From an uncultured Ruminococcus sp. (lineage in GTDB: Bacteria; Bacillota; Clostridia; Oscillospirales; Acutalibacteraceae), in contig CADBSD010000086.1 of assembly GCA_902797225.1 (NCBI GenBank), positions 8,498 through 32,497 of the forward strand: a stretch of 24,000 nucleotides of DNA. Direction: 5' to 3'. The notes beneath the pieces are model-generated. The model did no database searches. It worked only from the letters and a program-made list of their open reading frames with translations, and was not told where the DNA came from. Made by a program: the position numbers and the translations under genes. Below, piece after piece: positions 1-8,567 of this stretch (position 1 is the stretch's first letter; the number at the start of each line of letters is the position of its first letter).

Positions 1-1128
1 TTACCATTTTGATTTTTTGTTATTCTTGAGTTTTATTTTGGGACAATAGTTGTAACAAAGCGCATAGTTTTTGCCTCTTTTAGCGTAGCATTTGTTGTTC
101 TTAACAGTAGTCTTACCGAATTTAACTCCGTTATCGCTTGAGATATAAAGTCCGTATATTCCACCCTTTATAGTATTCTTTTCAAATACGTTTTTGTATT
201 TTGAGAGCTTGTTAAATCGTCCGCAGCTTAGAAGATAACAGCCGAGACTGTAATTCGGATCTTTACTCTTACATATTATTTTATTGCCTTTTACGGTTAC
301 GCCCGCGGCATTATGTAAGCAAAGCGCCTCCTGAGTGTAAGATGTAATCTTATTGTTAAGAATTTTTATTTTTTTGTGGTGTTTAGAAATGAATTTCTCG
401 TTTTTATTAGTACAAATACCCATTCCGCCCTTGATTGTGCAATTCTTAACGGTAATATTCTGACAGGTCTGGCCTTTTACGAATTTTTTACCGAATACCG
501 CTTCTGTAGGAGCTGTATCGGGAGAAGCGACATCAATTTGTAAGACCTCGTCTTTCTTATTTTTGTTTTTCTTACCTTTCGCGGTGAGCTTACACTTTTC
601 AACAGTAACATTTTTACATGCGATAAGCTCAAAAGCGTGGCTGAAATTATTGGTTTCAACTGTCATATTCCTGAACTTAAGATTGCTCGCGTGGGCAAGG
701 CGGAAATTTGAGGTCGAATGAGTGGTTTTCGTAAGACCTTTAATCCTCCATGTACCACCGTCAATTGTTACATTTTTTGTCGATTTGTATTTGAGCTTAC
801 AGCTCTCGTTCATTACTATAGGTATAAGGTTGTTTTGGATAATTGTTGTACCCTTAGCTATTATTTTTTTATTATTCCCTATTCTGATTACGCCGTAAAG
901 CTGTAAAGTCATCTTCGGAAGTACAATCGTGCGTTTTTCTTTATCCTGAACCAAGGACATCCAACAGGAGCGCGCGCCTTCCTTTGATAGAATAATTCTT
1001 CCGTCGTCATCAATTGTGCCGACTACTTCACCGTTATACACAAAATCTTTTTCCGCAGCGAATCCTGTAAAAGGAAGAGATGACAGAAGCAAAACAAAAG
1101 CCAATATTAATATAGCAGTTCTTTTCAT
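1..1128 (-). CDS. Secreted right-handed parallel beta-helix (PbH1 / pectin-lyase-fold) repeat protein
   Basis: Complete 375-aa ORF with its stop codon at 1-3. Signal peptide MKRTAILILAFVLLLSSLPFTGFA|AEK. Repeated beta-helix rungs: NVTIDGGTW, NLKFRNMTVE, KNVTVEKCKL, QNITVKNCTIKGG, GVTVKGNKI, FEKNTIKGG, TTVKNNKC. AAAGGA RBS lies 8 nt before the ATG. The gene starts only 55 nt downstream of the giant gene, so it is probably co-transcribed. Enzymatic versus adhesin role cannot be decided from sequence. Confidence 0.75.
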   Translation of the reverse strand: MKRTAILILAFVLLLSSLPFTGFAAEKDFVYNGEVVGTIDDDGRIILSKEGARSCWMSLVQDKEKRTIVLPKMTLQLYGVIRIGNNKKIIAKGTTIIQNNLIPIVMNESCKLKYKSTKNVTIDGGTWRIKGLTKTTHSTSNFRLAHASNLKFRNMTVETNNFSHAFELIACKNVTVEKCKLTAKGKKNKNKKDEVLQIDVASPDTAPTEAVFGKKFVKGQTCQNITVKNCTIKGGMGICTNKNEKFISKHHKKIKILNNKITSYTQEALCLHNAAGVTVKGNKIICKSKDPNYSLGCYLLSCGRFNKLSKYKNVFEKNTIKGGIYGLYISSDNGVKFGKTTVKNNKCYAKRGKNYALCYNYCPKIKLKNNKKSKW

Positions 1129-1183
1129 ATCAATAATCCTTTCATGTTTTGATGTTTAATGTTCTTCGCTCATTTCATCTGTA

Positions 1184-4100
1184 TTACTTAATCCTAAGCT
1201 TAATAGTCTTTGTAATTGTCTTCTTTTTGTACTTAGAATTACCTTTAGCGGTGATCATTACTTTAATCTTGTAATTGCCTTTCTCAGCCTTTTTCCATTT
1301 TTTAAATGTAATAACACCTTTCGAGTTAATCTTTACGAGCTTTTTAATACTCTTAGGAATCTTTGTAAGCTTGTAAGTTACCTTACCCTTTGCTTGCTTA
1401 ACCGTAATCGCCTTAACCTTCTGAGCTTTTTTCTTAAGCTTTTTAGCCTTAACCGTCTTAGCTTTTACCGTAACCTTAATCGGGTTAGCTTTTTTAGTGG
1501 TTATAACAGGAGAGGTTGTCGGTTCAACTTGCTCAACAGTTGTCGGTTCAACAGGCTCCGCTGTTGTAGAGGGTTCTGTCGGTTCTACGGTCGTTGCTTT
1601 AGTAGGTTCAACTGTCGTTGTTTCCGTCGGCGCAGCCGTTGTAGGTTCTACCGTTGGAGCTTCTGTCGTTTCAACAGGTTCTGTTGTTGTCGGAGCGGTT
1701 GTCTCAACAGGTTTTGTAGTTTCGGGCTCTGTCAAAGCGGCAGTAGTTTCCTCTGTCGGAACTTCAGTCGCTAATTCAGGCACTTCCTGATTAGGTCCGT
1801 AAACTACCGCGTAAGGGTTATCATCTCCGCCGGTTGAGGACGTGTCAAAGTATATCCTTACGGTAGAACCGATTTTTTCGACATAAGCACTAGCTTTTGT
1901 CTGATTATCCGGGAAAAATTCAGTTCTTCCGTCTTTGCTGATTTTCACAATTTTAAAGTAAAGCTGAGCTGGACAACCGTACTTGATATTACAATCTTTA
2001 TAGTAGAACGAAGTACCTGCCACTTTATGCATTTTCATTTCAGGTGAATCTTTTATTGACTCATCTAAGTTCAGAAGGGAGTTGCCTATTACATAATATC
2101 CGGGTTCAAATGAATTTCCGCCAGAGCTAAGCTTGTTTTCTGAGGTCGAGTAAACTGTTTTAATCGAACCGCTATCTGAACCTTTTAATATACCGGTGAT
2201 TTTATCACCCGAATTATCAAAAATTCTATATTGATAATAATTTTCACTATTAACATCATCAATATCAGCAGTGAAATCACCATCTTCATTCTTAATCATT
2301 GAATAAACTCTTCTGTAAGAAAAGCTGTCATTAATCTCTATGCATTTAACATCATCAAGTATATCATTTACGGTTTCACCGGGCTTATAAACTACAGTGT
2401 ATGTAACAATTCGTTCTCCTAACAGAGAAGTAATAATTCTTACCGTTGAGCCTTTTTCTTTTACGGTGACATAATTGAATTTATAAAAGTTGCTCAGCGC
2501 TGAATAATCATAATAATCTTCACTTAACTTCTGAACATTTATTGTTTGATAATTGTATGTTCCCGCATCAACGTTTTTAAAATCCTTATAAAAAACTTTA
2601 TTATCATCAGTTGCTTTCATAGGAGTAGTGTTTGCGTCAATTTTTCCGCAAAGTCCTTCATCACCGATTGCATAATTACTTGTTTGTTTTAATCCACTGA
2701 TATGAATTAAGTTTACATCATCTCCATAAGCATTAATTTCACAGGTTTCAGGGTTTATTACAAATCGTATATCCCCATCCTTTTTAACAGTCAGAAACTC
2801 TCGGGCATTCTTATCATAATTCGGTATGAAATGCTTAGGATAAACTTTTATAATGCAGTTTCCCGCTTGTACATTCTTCGCTACACCCACGTAATTTCCG
2901 TCATCGGCTTTAGTGAATTCTATATCTCTAAACTTGCTATAATCACCAGAAGAAATTTCTATATCAATACCGAAATCAATCGTAGCTTCTCCCGAATATG
3001 ATATTGTTTTTTCATTTGAATCATACGTAACCGTTAATTCACCATTTCCACATAAGTATAACAAGCTTGAAACAAATCTGTCATAAGAATTATTATTCGC
3101 GACGAAAACAAAAACTTCATAACCTTTGTCTTTTTCCATAGAAAGCTCAGTCGAATCTATACTCTTGGAATAAATTCCGTCACCTTTACTTTCCATTGGG
3201 GTATAATTCAAAACTAAATCATAGTTATCGTAATCTTTTGTTATTTTTAAATAGAACTCAGCGTCAGGGTTATCAAGATCAATAAACTTAAAGCTGTTTT
3301 TAATAACATAATCAAAAACTTTAGTACCCCTATGACAGCATATTATAATACCTGTATCCTTATTTATCGGTATTTCTGATTCAAAATCAGTATTAATGAC
3401 GAGTTTCTTAAGGTCTTTAGCTTCGGCATTACTTCTTTTTCCGAAAGCGTAACCGTCTATCGAAGTCAATGTATCAGGGAATACATATTCTTCGTCTGTT
3501 CTTGATATAGGATAATAAACAAGTTTGGTTACATCCTTATTATAAATAATACCGTCATCTGTATAGTAATTTTCATTCTCTTTAGAAAGTGTTATGCTTT
3601 TTAAAGCGGGGAACGATCTATATATACTATAAATATCATTATCAAATATAAAGCTCTTTCCAAAATACACATTCTCGATTGAGGATTCTGACTCAGAATA
3701 CCATTCCAGCATAAACGGATCGCTTCTAAAGCTTGTTATTTTTTCATTATATTTAAGAGTTTTTAAAGATTTAACACTTGCAAAAGCGTATTTATAAATG
3801 CTCTCTACCGTTTCGGGAATTGAGTATTCTTCTGAAGCTTGGTTAGCGGGATATTTAATAAGTGTGGTTTTATCTTTGTTAAACAACACCCCGTTAACGG
3901 ATGTATATTTCTCGTTCTTTTCATCAACATTAATATATTCTAAGCTATTGCAATTATCTAAAACCTTAAACGCCTCGCAGTCTTCATCCTGACGATCATA
4001 ATCACCGAAATGTCTTCCGAGTTCAATACGTTTAAGGGAAGAAAGTGTTGATAAACTATCAAAATTTGTTAATTTATCGGGAACAGAAAGCTCGATCAAA

Positions 4101-7100
4101 TGAAAGCAGTTATAGAAAACATCCGAACCCATTTCCTCAATTGAATTTGGTAAATCAATGCTCTCAAGGGATGTGCAATTCTGGAAAGCACATCTTCCTA
4201 TAGATGTAAGCGCGGCGTTTATTTTAACACTTTTGATTTTATCGTTTGAGCTGAAAGCGTTTTCGGCAATAGAAGTCACTTTATAATCATTAACGGTATC
4301 AGGAATTACTACATCTTCAGCTTCACCTTTATAAGCTGTAACACTTGCGGTTTTATTCCTGTTAAAGCTATATTCCAAATCACCGACAACCTCAGTGAAA
4401 GGATATTCACCCGGCTCACGCTCACCTTTTTCGTTTATGTAGTTAATATCCATTCTTTTTAACGGAGTTACATAGTATGTTTCACCGGCAGTTACACTAT
4501 ATCTGTAGTCATAATAAAAGTATGTTTCGTAGTAATCTTCCACCAATACTCTTTCGCTGCTTTTACTGGAACTACCTTCAAGAAGCTTTCCTGTTCCGTC
4601 ATATAAATTCACTGTCGGAGTAAACTCATAATCATCATGTTCATTTTCGGAAAGAGTAATGTAAAAAGATACAGTTCCGGTTTTACGCGGGGTAAATTTC
4701 AGGAAACGCTGGCTATAATTATCCAGACGAATAGTTCCCTCACCATCTACTACCGTTTCATATGCAGAATCCGAATTCAGCTTTAGTGAAACTTTTGTTT
4801 CGTAGTCATCCGAATCCCAGCCATCCGTATAACCTTTGATTAAATATGTCTGTCCCGCTTTAACCCTACTCTCGTAGCTATATTGCGCCTGATCATAATA
4901 TTCAGTCGAAAAATTTGGCATTAGGTTTTTTTCTGAATCATAAACAGAACAGTATCTGCTTGAATTCTTTGGCGTTTCTATTCTGATAATTCCGTTATCA
5001 GTAGCGACATATTTTAAATACTCGCCGTAATCTCCGCCGACATACTTTGATTCTCCGTCTTTAATCTCGATATATCCGTCAAACTTGTCGATTTTTATCG
5101 AGAATTCAGCATTATCATCTTCTGAGGAAACAGCTAAAAGATACTCGGTGTTCTTTTTAAACATCTTATTAATCTCAAAATTATGTCCGTCGGATGAAAC
5201 GTCGCTTTTACAATCGAGAGAATAAGAAACCTGTCCGTTTTCTTCATATTTCGTAACAATCTTACAGGATGTTTTTGAATCTCCCGTAGATTTTATTGTG
5301 TAAACTTTATCCTGATTAGGCGTAAATTTATAGTATTTATATTCGCCTTTTGAATCAATACTTACATTTTTCTCTTCATCATATGAGATACTCTGAATAT
5401 CGGATGTCTTAATAATGCTTAAACTTACCGCTCTTTCCCCTTCTTCATCACTGTAAATATCAATAATGTATTTTCCCGCGGCAATTTTTGTAATCAGATT
5501 CGCGTCCGATTCGCTCCAATTATAATCAAGACGATTATAATCAGTGTCATACAACGCAAGATGGGTTCCCTCTTTTGTAGTCAAATCAATATTTAACAAG
5601 CCTTCTTCAGCGCTGTCGAATACAAATCGCTTTTTCTGAGATGTGGATGTAAGTTGAACTTTTTTTGTTTCATTATTTCCGATAGTTTCGATATCGTCCA
5701 GCGATATAAACTTTACGGAAAGTGAATAATTCTCCTTTTTACTGCTATAACAGCAAAGATAGAGTGATTCGTCTTTTTCGAGAGAATATATCTCCTTTTC
5801 GGAGTCATATTTATAATCGGAACCGAGAATATAATAACCGATATAATTATCATTAGGTACAGTACATTCTACAGTACATTTTTTCGGAGCGGTTAGCTTA
5901 AATACTTTTAGTTTACCGTACTCGCCGTTTATGGTCTTTGTCGTATCTGAGTTTATCGACTCGAATGAATCCCGCGGATAGAAATTAAGACCTATAGTAT
6001 ATTCGGCGTCATCTTCAATAGAACCTGAATAATCTTCCACGGTAAAATACAGGTAATATGTTTTTCCTTTTTCAACTTTAAAATCATCGCTAAAGTTATA
6101 ATATGTATTTTCTTCTTTTGTTTCGTCATAAACATCTAAAGTAGGTGAATTAATAGTTATACTCTTAAATTCGCTGTCATATACGTTATTTCCGAAATAA
6201 TCATCTAAGCCCTTTGAATAATAATTCGCGAATCCGTCGCTTTCGGCGGTAAATTTATAATAACAATCCTTTTTTAAATCTTCGGCGTTAATAGTTTTGG
6301 TTTCACCTGGATTAATCACAGGTAAATCGGAGAAAGCGTAATAATCGAAGTTCACTGTGAAAGCAGTTTTGGAATATCTGCTCTTCATCTCGAAATAATA
6401 AGTCTCACCTGATTTAAGAACCAAATCGAAATCCTTATCCCAACCTTCATCTTTTTCAATTTCTATTTCATTCATAGATGAATCGTACGCTTTATAAATA
6501 CAATAACCGGAATCAGATTTAAATCTAAGCAAACCATCCTTATCGGGAGTAAAGCGGAATGTAGTCTTGTCATTACTGTCAATAAAGAACAGCCTCTGTT
6601 TCTTTCCGGTAACAAGATCGGTATATTCGGAAGTGTTTTTTTCGGTTAATGAAACCGAATAATTAATTAAATAATCATACGGCATCTTGCATCCGAAATA
6701 GTACGTTTTTCCCGCCTCGGCTGAAACACAGTAACAACGATTATCAAGTTGTATCGATTTATTTGTAATATCATTTTTCTCGGAATCATAAATTGTAATT
6801 CCTAGAGAAAATTCAGAACTACAATAAAAGAATACATCACAGCTTTTCTCAGCTTCATATTTAAATAACTGAGTTACATCGAAATCATTGGAATTAAGAT
6901 TCTTGTTTTCATTCAAGTTAATATCAATCGGATCAGGGGTTTCCTTATTAAGGGTAACCGATACTTCGATATCTCTTTCATTGTAATTAATGCATTTTAT
7001 ATAATATACTTTTCCCTTTTCAGGCGTAAAAATCAGCGCTCGGAAACCATCCTCACCACAAACAGTATAATCTACGTCCGGATAAGATATTTGGTTCATT

Positions 7101-8233
7101 TCCGAATCCAGAAGCTGTAAACTCATTTGTGAATTAAACGCGATAAATTTAAGAGATTCCGACACATCCGCGGAATACTTTAATAGCTGAGATTCATCCT
7201 CATCAATATCAACATTAAGAGTGTCATTAAGTTTAATCTCTTTTTCGCCCTTTAATACTTCGTTTGAAACAATCTTCACAGAAGCGTTTTTGTTTTTTGT
7301 TGTTTTAAATCCAAGATAATAAGTTTTTCCTTCTTCTACCTTTTCCTTAATTTTTATGTCTTTTCCGGAATAAGAATCAGACGCTATAAAACGTTCGTTA
7401 TATATTCCGACATCCAAATTGTAATCTGACACCATATTAAAAGCAACACGACAATTTTTATCAGCTGTAAACCTAATAAATGTCAGCTCATTTGTTACGC
7501 CTTCAATATTTTTGGTATCTCCGATATTAATTGACTCAACATCAAGTCCGGTCAAAAAAGCTGTAAACTCTTTATCTCCGTCATTACTTTTACACTCAAA
7601 ATAATATACATTATTTTTTTCAGCGTTAAACTTAGCACAAGAGTATTTGTACTCGACCGAATCAGTAATTTCCGCTTTTTTGGAGTCTAAAACCTTAACG
7701 GAAATATCAGCATCCTGAATATTGAACTGAAGCTTTTCTGTTTTATCAGCCGTATACTTAAAAATCTGAGGTTCATACTCATCCGCCTCAGCGTTGATAT
7801 ATGTATTTTTTTTAATCTCTTTTTCAGAATTAACGAACTCGCTCAGGCTTATTTTAAAGCTGCTTTCTTCGCCGTAATAGTTCTTACAACCAAGATAATA
7901 GGTTGAACCTGATTTAACCCTGTAGCTCACTTTAAAATCACTTTTTCCGCCGCCATCGTCATTGCTGGCAAGTTCCTCAAAGTTTTCATCATAAAGATAA
8001 CCGTACGTATCCACATCAGAATTTGATGTAAAAACAATTTTTGTATCTTTATCAGCTACAAACTTAAAGTAGATAGTTTCATCTGAATCAGTAACAACAT
8101 TTTTTGTCTCGCCGATACTGATTGTTTCATACTCCTTTTCATCGGCGTCAGCAGTAAACGGCAAAGCGCTAAACATACTTAAAAGCATCAACAAAGCCAA
8201 TACAAAGCTGACTGATTTTTTTACTTTTTTCAT
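1184..8233 (-). CDS. Giant (2349 aa) secreted multi-domain surface protein: about 12 PPC-like beta-sandwich repeats, BspA-type LRR domain, beta-rich modules, Thr/Pro/Glu linker, Lys-rich Ig-like C-terminus
   Basis: Uninterrupted ORF with a GGAGG RBS (plus-strand tcctcc at about 8241-8246). Signal peptide MKKVKKSVSFVLALLMLLSMFSALPFTADA. About a dozen ~100-aa repeats each end in a G-[KSE]-T-Y-Y-[LF] motif (STYYLGC, KTYYLGF, KVYYIKC, KTYYFGC, ETYYFEM, KTYYLYF, ETYYVTP and others), resembling bacterial pre-peptidase C-terminal (PPC) domains. An LRR block (IPDTVNDYKVTSIAENAFSSNDKIKSVKINAALTSIGRCAFQNCTSLESIDLPNSIEEMG...) maps to roughly nt 3290-4400. No LPXTG motif and no C-terminal TM helix. Confidence 0.92.
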   Translation of the reverse strand: MKKVKKSVSFVLALLMLLSMFSALPFTADADEKEYETISIGETKNVVTDSDETIYFKFVADKDTKIVFTSNSDVDTYGYLYDENFEELASNDDGGGKSDFKVSYRVKSGSTYYLGCKNYYGEESSFKISLSEFVNSEKEIKKNTYINAEADEYEPQIFKYTADKTEKLQFNIQDADISVKVLDSKKAEITDSVEYKYSCAKFNAEKNNVYYFECKSNDGDKEFTAFLTGLDVESINIGDTKNIEGVTNELTFIRFTADKNCRVAFNMVSDYNLDVGIYNERFIASDSYSGKDIKIKEKVEEGKTYYLGFKTTKNKNASVKIVSNEVLKGEKEIKLNDTLNVDIDEDESQLLKYSADVSESLKFIAFNSQMSLQLLDSEMNQISYPDVDYTVCGEDGFRALIFTPEKGKVYYIKCINYNERDIEVSVTLNKETPDPIDINLNENKNLNSNDFDVTQLFKYEAEKSCDVFFYCSSEFSLGITIYDSEKNDITNKSIQLDNRCYCVSAEAGKTYYFGCKMPYDYLINYSVSLTEKNTSEYTDLVTGKKQRLFFIDSNDKTTFRFTPDKDGLLRFKSDSGYCIYKAYDSSMNEIEIEKDEGWDKDFDLVLKSGETYYFEMKSRYSKTAFTVNFDYYAFSDLPVINPGETKTINAEDLKKDCYYKFTAESDGFANYYSKGLDDYFGNNVYDSEFKSITINSPTLDVYDETKEENTYYNFSDDFKVEKGKTYYLYFTVEDYSGSIEDDAEYTIGLNFYPRDSFESINSDTTKTINGEYGKLKVFKLTAPKKCTVECTVPNDNYIGYYILGSDYKYDSEKEIYSLEKDESLYLCCYSSKKENYSLSVKFISLDDIETIGNNETKKVQLTSTSQKKRFVFDSAEEGLLNIDLTTKEGTHLALYDTDYNRLDYNWSESDANLITKIAAGKYIIDIYSDEEGERAVSLSIIKTSDIQSISYDEEKNVSIDSKGEYKYYKFTPNQDKVYTIKSTGDSKTSCKIVTKYEENGQVSYSLDCKSDVSSDGHNFEINKMFKKNTEYLLAVSSEDDNAEFSIKIDKFDGYIEIKDGESKYVGGDYGEYLKYVATDNGIIRIETPKNSSRYCSVYDSEKNLMPNFSTEYYDQAQYSYESRVKAGQTYLIKGYTDGWDSDDYETKVSLKLNSDSAYETVVDGEGTIRLDNYSQRFLKFTPRKTGTVSFYITLSENEHDDYEFTPTVNLYDGTGKLLEGSSSKSSERVLVEDYYETYFYYDYRYSVTAGETYYVTPLKRMDINYINEKGEREPGEYPFTEVVGDLEYSFNRNKTASVTAYKGEAEDVVIPDTVNDYKVTSIAENAFSSNDKIKSVKINAALTSIGRCAFQNCTSLESIDLPNSIEEMGSDVFYNCFHLIELSVPDKLTNFDSLSTLSSLKRIELGRHFGDYDRQDEDCEAFKVLDNCNSLEYINVDEKNEKYTSVNGVLFNKDKTTLIKYPANQASEEYSIPETVESIYKYAFASVKSLKTLKYNEKITSFRSDPFMLEWYSESESSIENVYFGKSFIFDNDIYSIYRSFPALKSITLSKENENYYTDDGIIYNKDVTKLVYYPISRTDEEYVFPDTLTSIDGYAFGKRSNAEAKDLKKLVINTDFESEIPINKDTGIIICCHRGTKVFDYVIKNSFKFIDLDNPDAEFYLKITKDYDNYDLVLNYTPMESKGDGIYSKSIDSTELSMEKDKGYEVFVFVANNNSYDRFVSSLLYLCGNGELTVTYDSNEKTISYSGEATIDFGIDIEISSGDYSKFRDIEFTKADDGNYVGVAKNVQAGNCIIKVYPKHFIPNYDKNAREFLTVKKDGDIRFVINPETCEINAYGDDVNLIHISGLKQTSNYAIGDEGLCGKIDANTTPMKATDDNKVFYKDFKNVDAGTYNYQTINVQKLSEDYYDYSALSNFYKFNYVTVKEKGSTVRIITSLLGERIVTYTVVYKPGETVNDILDDVKCIEINDSFSYRRVYSMIKNEDGDFTADIDDVNSENYYQYRIFDNSGDKITGILKGSDSGSIKTVYSTSENKLSSGGNSFEPGYYVIGNSLLNLDESIKDSPEMKMHKVAGTSFYYKDCNIKYGCPAQLYFKIVKISKDGRTEFFPDNQTKASAYVEKIGSTVRIYFDTSSTGGDDNPYAVVYGPNQEVPELATEVPTEETTAALTEPETTKPVETTAPTTTEPVETTEAPTVEPTTAAPTETTTVEPTKATTVEPTEPSTTAEPVEPTTVEQVEPTTSPVITTKKANPIKVTVKAKTVKAKKLKKKAQKVKAITVKQAKGKVTYKLTKIPKSIKKLVKINSKGVITFKKWKKAEKGNYKIKVMITAKGNSKYKKKTITKTIKLRIK
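1497..1790 (-). repeat. Degenerate Thr/Pro/Glu/Val-rich linker repeat (VEPTT-like) inside the giant CDS
   Basis: Protein stretch EVPTEETTAALTEPETTKPVETTAPTTTEPVETTEAPTVEPTTAAPTETTTVEPTKATTVEPTEPSTTAEPVEPTTVEQVEPTT. The DNA shows reiterated gttgtcggttcaac / ggttctac units. This periodicity generates the spurious plus-strand ORFs 1394-1774 and 1497-1790. Confidence 0.8.
4440..8143 (-). repeat. Tandem array of about 12 divergent PPC-like domain repeats (protein-level repeats; boundaries approximate)
   Basis: Recurring pattern I-x-x-G-[ED]-T-K ... F-K-[FY]-T-A-[DE]-K ... D-x-x-[GI]-x-[LI]-Y-D ... G-K-T-Y-Y, read by eye along aa 31 to about 1265. The copies are diverged at the DNA level. Confidence 0.55.
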
Positions 8234-8274
8234 AAATACATCCTCCTTTTTCAGCTAATTGCTGTATACACTAT

Positions 8275-8283
8275 ATTGTATCA
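8275..8283 (-). promoter_or_regulatory. Candidate extended -10 promoter (TGaTACAAT) of the giant surface-protein gene
   Basis: The minus strand reads TGATACAAT (plus attgtatca, 8275-8283). It lies 24 nt downstream of the proximal 12-mer of repeat site C and about 40 nt upstream of the ATG at 8233. No good -35 is present, as expected for an extended -10 or activator-dependent promoter. Confidence 0.4.
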
Positions 8284-8304
8284 TATATTTTATATAAAAA
8301 ATTT

Positions 8305-8336
8305 GTTGTTTATTACATTATTATGTTAATTATTAC
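8305..8336 (-). promoter_or_regulatory. Repeat site C: tandem direct-repeat operator (LytTR-type candidate)
   Basis: The minus strand reads GTAATAATTAAC-ATAATAAT-GTAATAAACAAC. These are two 12-mers 20 bp apart (8325-8336 and 8305-8316). The site is near-identical in layout to site B and site A. Confidence 0.55.
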
Positions 8337-8351
8337 ATCTTAACGCTGTTT

Positions 8352-8392
8352 TTTGCAAAAGAAAACCGACCGAGTGTTAGCTCGATCGGTTT
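8352..8392 (-). terminator. Rho-independent terminator, minus orientation, with no upstream CDS
   Basis: Minus-strand RNA: AAACCGAUCGAG-cuaaca-CUCGGUCGGUUU followed by UCUUUUG. The stem is 12 bp with one G-U pair. In plus orientation the same position is a C-A mismatch and the tail is not U-rich. Confidence 0.55.
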
Positions 8393-8447
8393 CCTTAACT
8401 GAAGTTTTGAAATATAGAAGATTATTCTGAAAACATCCTCATACTTC
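8356..8447 (-). ncRNA. Candidate ~90-nt small RNA (predicted promoter plus strong intrinsic terminator, no ORF)
   Basis: An extended -10 TGtTACAAT lies on the minus strand (plus 8454-8462), with the TSS predicted near 8447. The unit ends at the 12-bp-stem terminator at 8363-8392 plus a U tract. Only a 6-codon ORF without RBS lies inside. This rests purely on sequence logic. Confidence 0.3.
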
Positions 8448-8465
8448 GTATTTATTGTAACATAA

Positions 8466-8518
8466 TAAAAAGAAAAAATAAACGCTATTTTTATGTTACT
8501 TTTTACAATATAGCGTTT
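8466..8518 (-). terminator. Second minus-orientation terminator-like hairpin (weaker, large loop)
   Basis: AAACGCTAT (8480-8488) pairs with ATAGCGTTT (8510-8518), giving a 9-bp stem and a 21-nt loop. On the minus strand it is followed by AUUUUUUCUUUUU (plus 8466-8479). It overlaps degenerate repeat site D, so it may be a by-product of that site. Confidence 0.3.
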
Positions 8519-8526
8519 GTTATTAC
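8495..8526 (-). promoter_or_regulatory. Repeat site D: degenerate copy of the tandem 12-mer element, back-to-back with site A
   Basis: The minus strand reads GTAATAACAAAC-gctatatt-GTAAAAAGTAAC, again with 20-bp spacing. The first 12-mer is a good match. The spacer and second 12-mer are poorer. The junction with site A forms the perfect palindrome ATTACGTAAT (8522-8531). Confidence 0.3.
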
Positions 8527-8535
8527 GTAATGGTC

Positions 8536-8567
8536 GTAACAAAAGACATCGCAATGTAACAACATGC
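8536..8567 (+). promoter_or_regulatory. Repeat site A: tandem direct-repeat operator (LytTR-type candidate) upstream of the exporter operon
   Basis: The plus strand reads GTAACAAAAGAC-ATCGCAAT-GTAACAACATGC (12-mers at 8536-8547 and 8556-8567, 20 bp apart). It aligns with site B, tcGTAATAAAAAAC-ATAACAAT-GTAATAAAAAAC, including the flanking tc and the AT..CAAT spacer. Confidence 0.55.

Noticed and set aside
1394-1790. Two overlapping plus-strand ORFs (126 and 97 aa) rich in Arg/Cys/Phe or Val/Gly/Ser
   Set aside because: These are antisense shadows of the Thr/Pro/Glu linker repeat of the giant gene. Their composition is an artefact of the repeat's codon periodicity.
8212-8233. A6/A7 homopolymer tracts at the 5' end of the giant gene (ATGAAAAAAGTAAAAAAATCA), considered as a slipped-strand phase-variation switch
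   Set aside because: The tracts are short and simply encode the Lys-rich signal-peptide n-region, which is common in AT-rich genomes. There is no evidence of length polymorphism from a single sequence.
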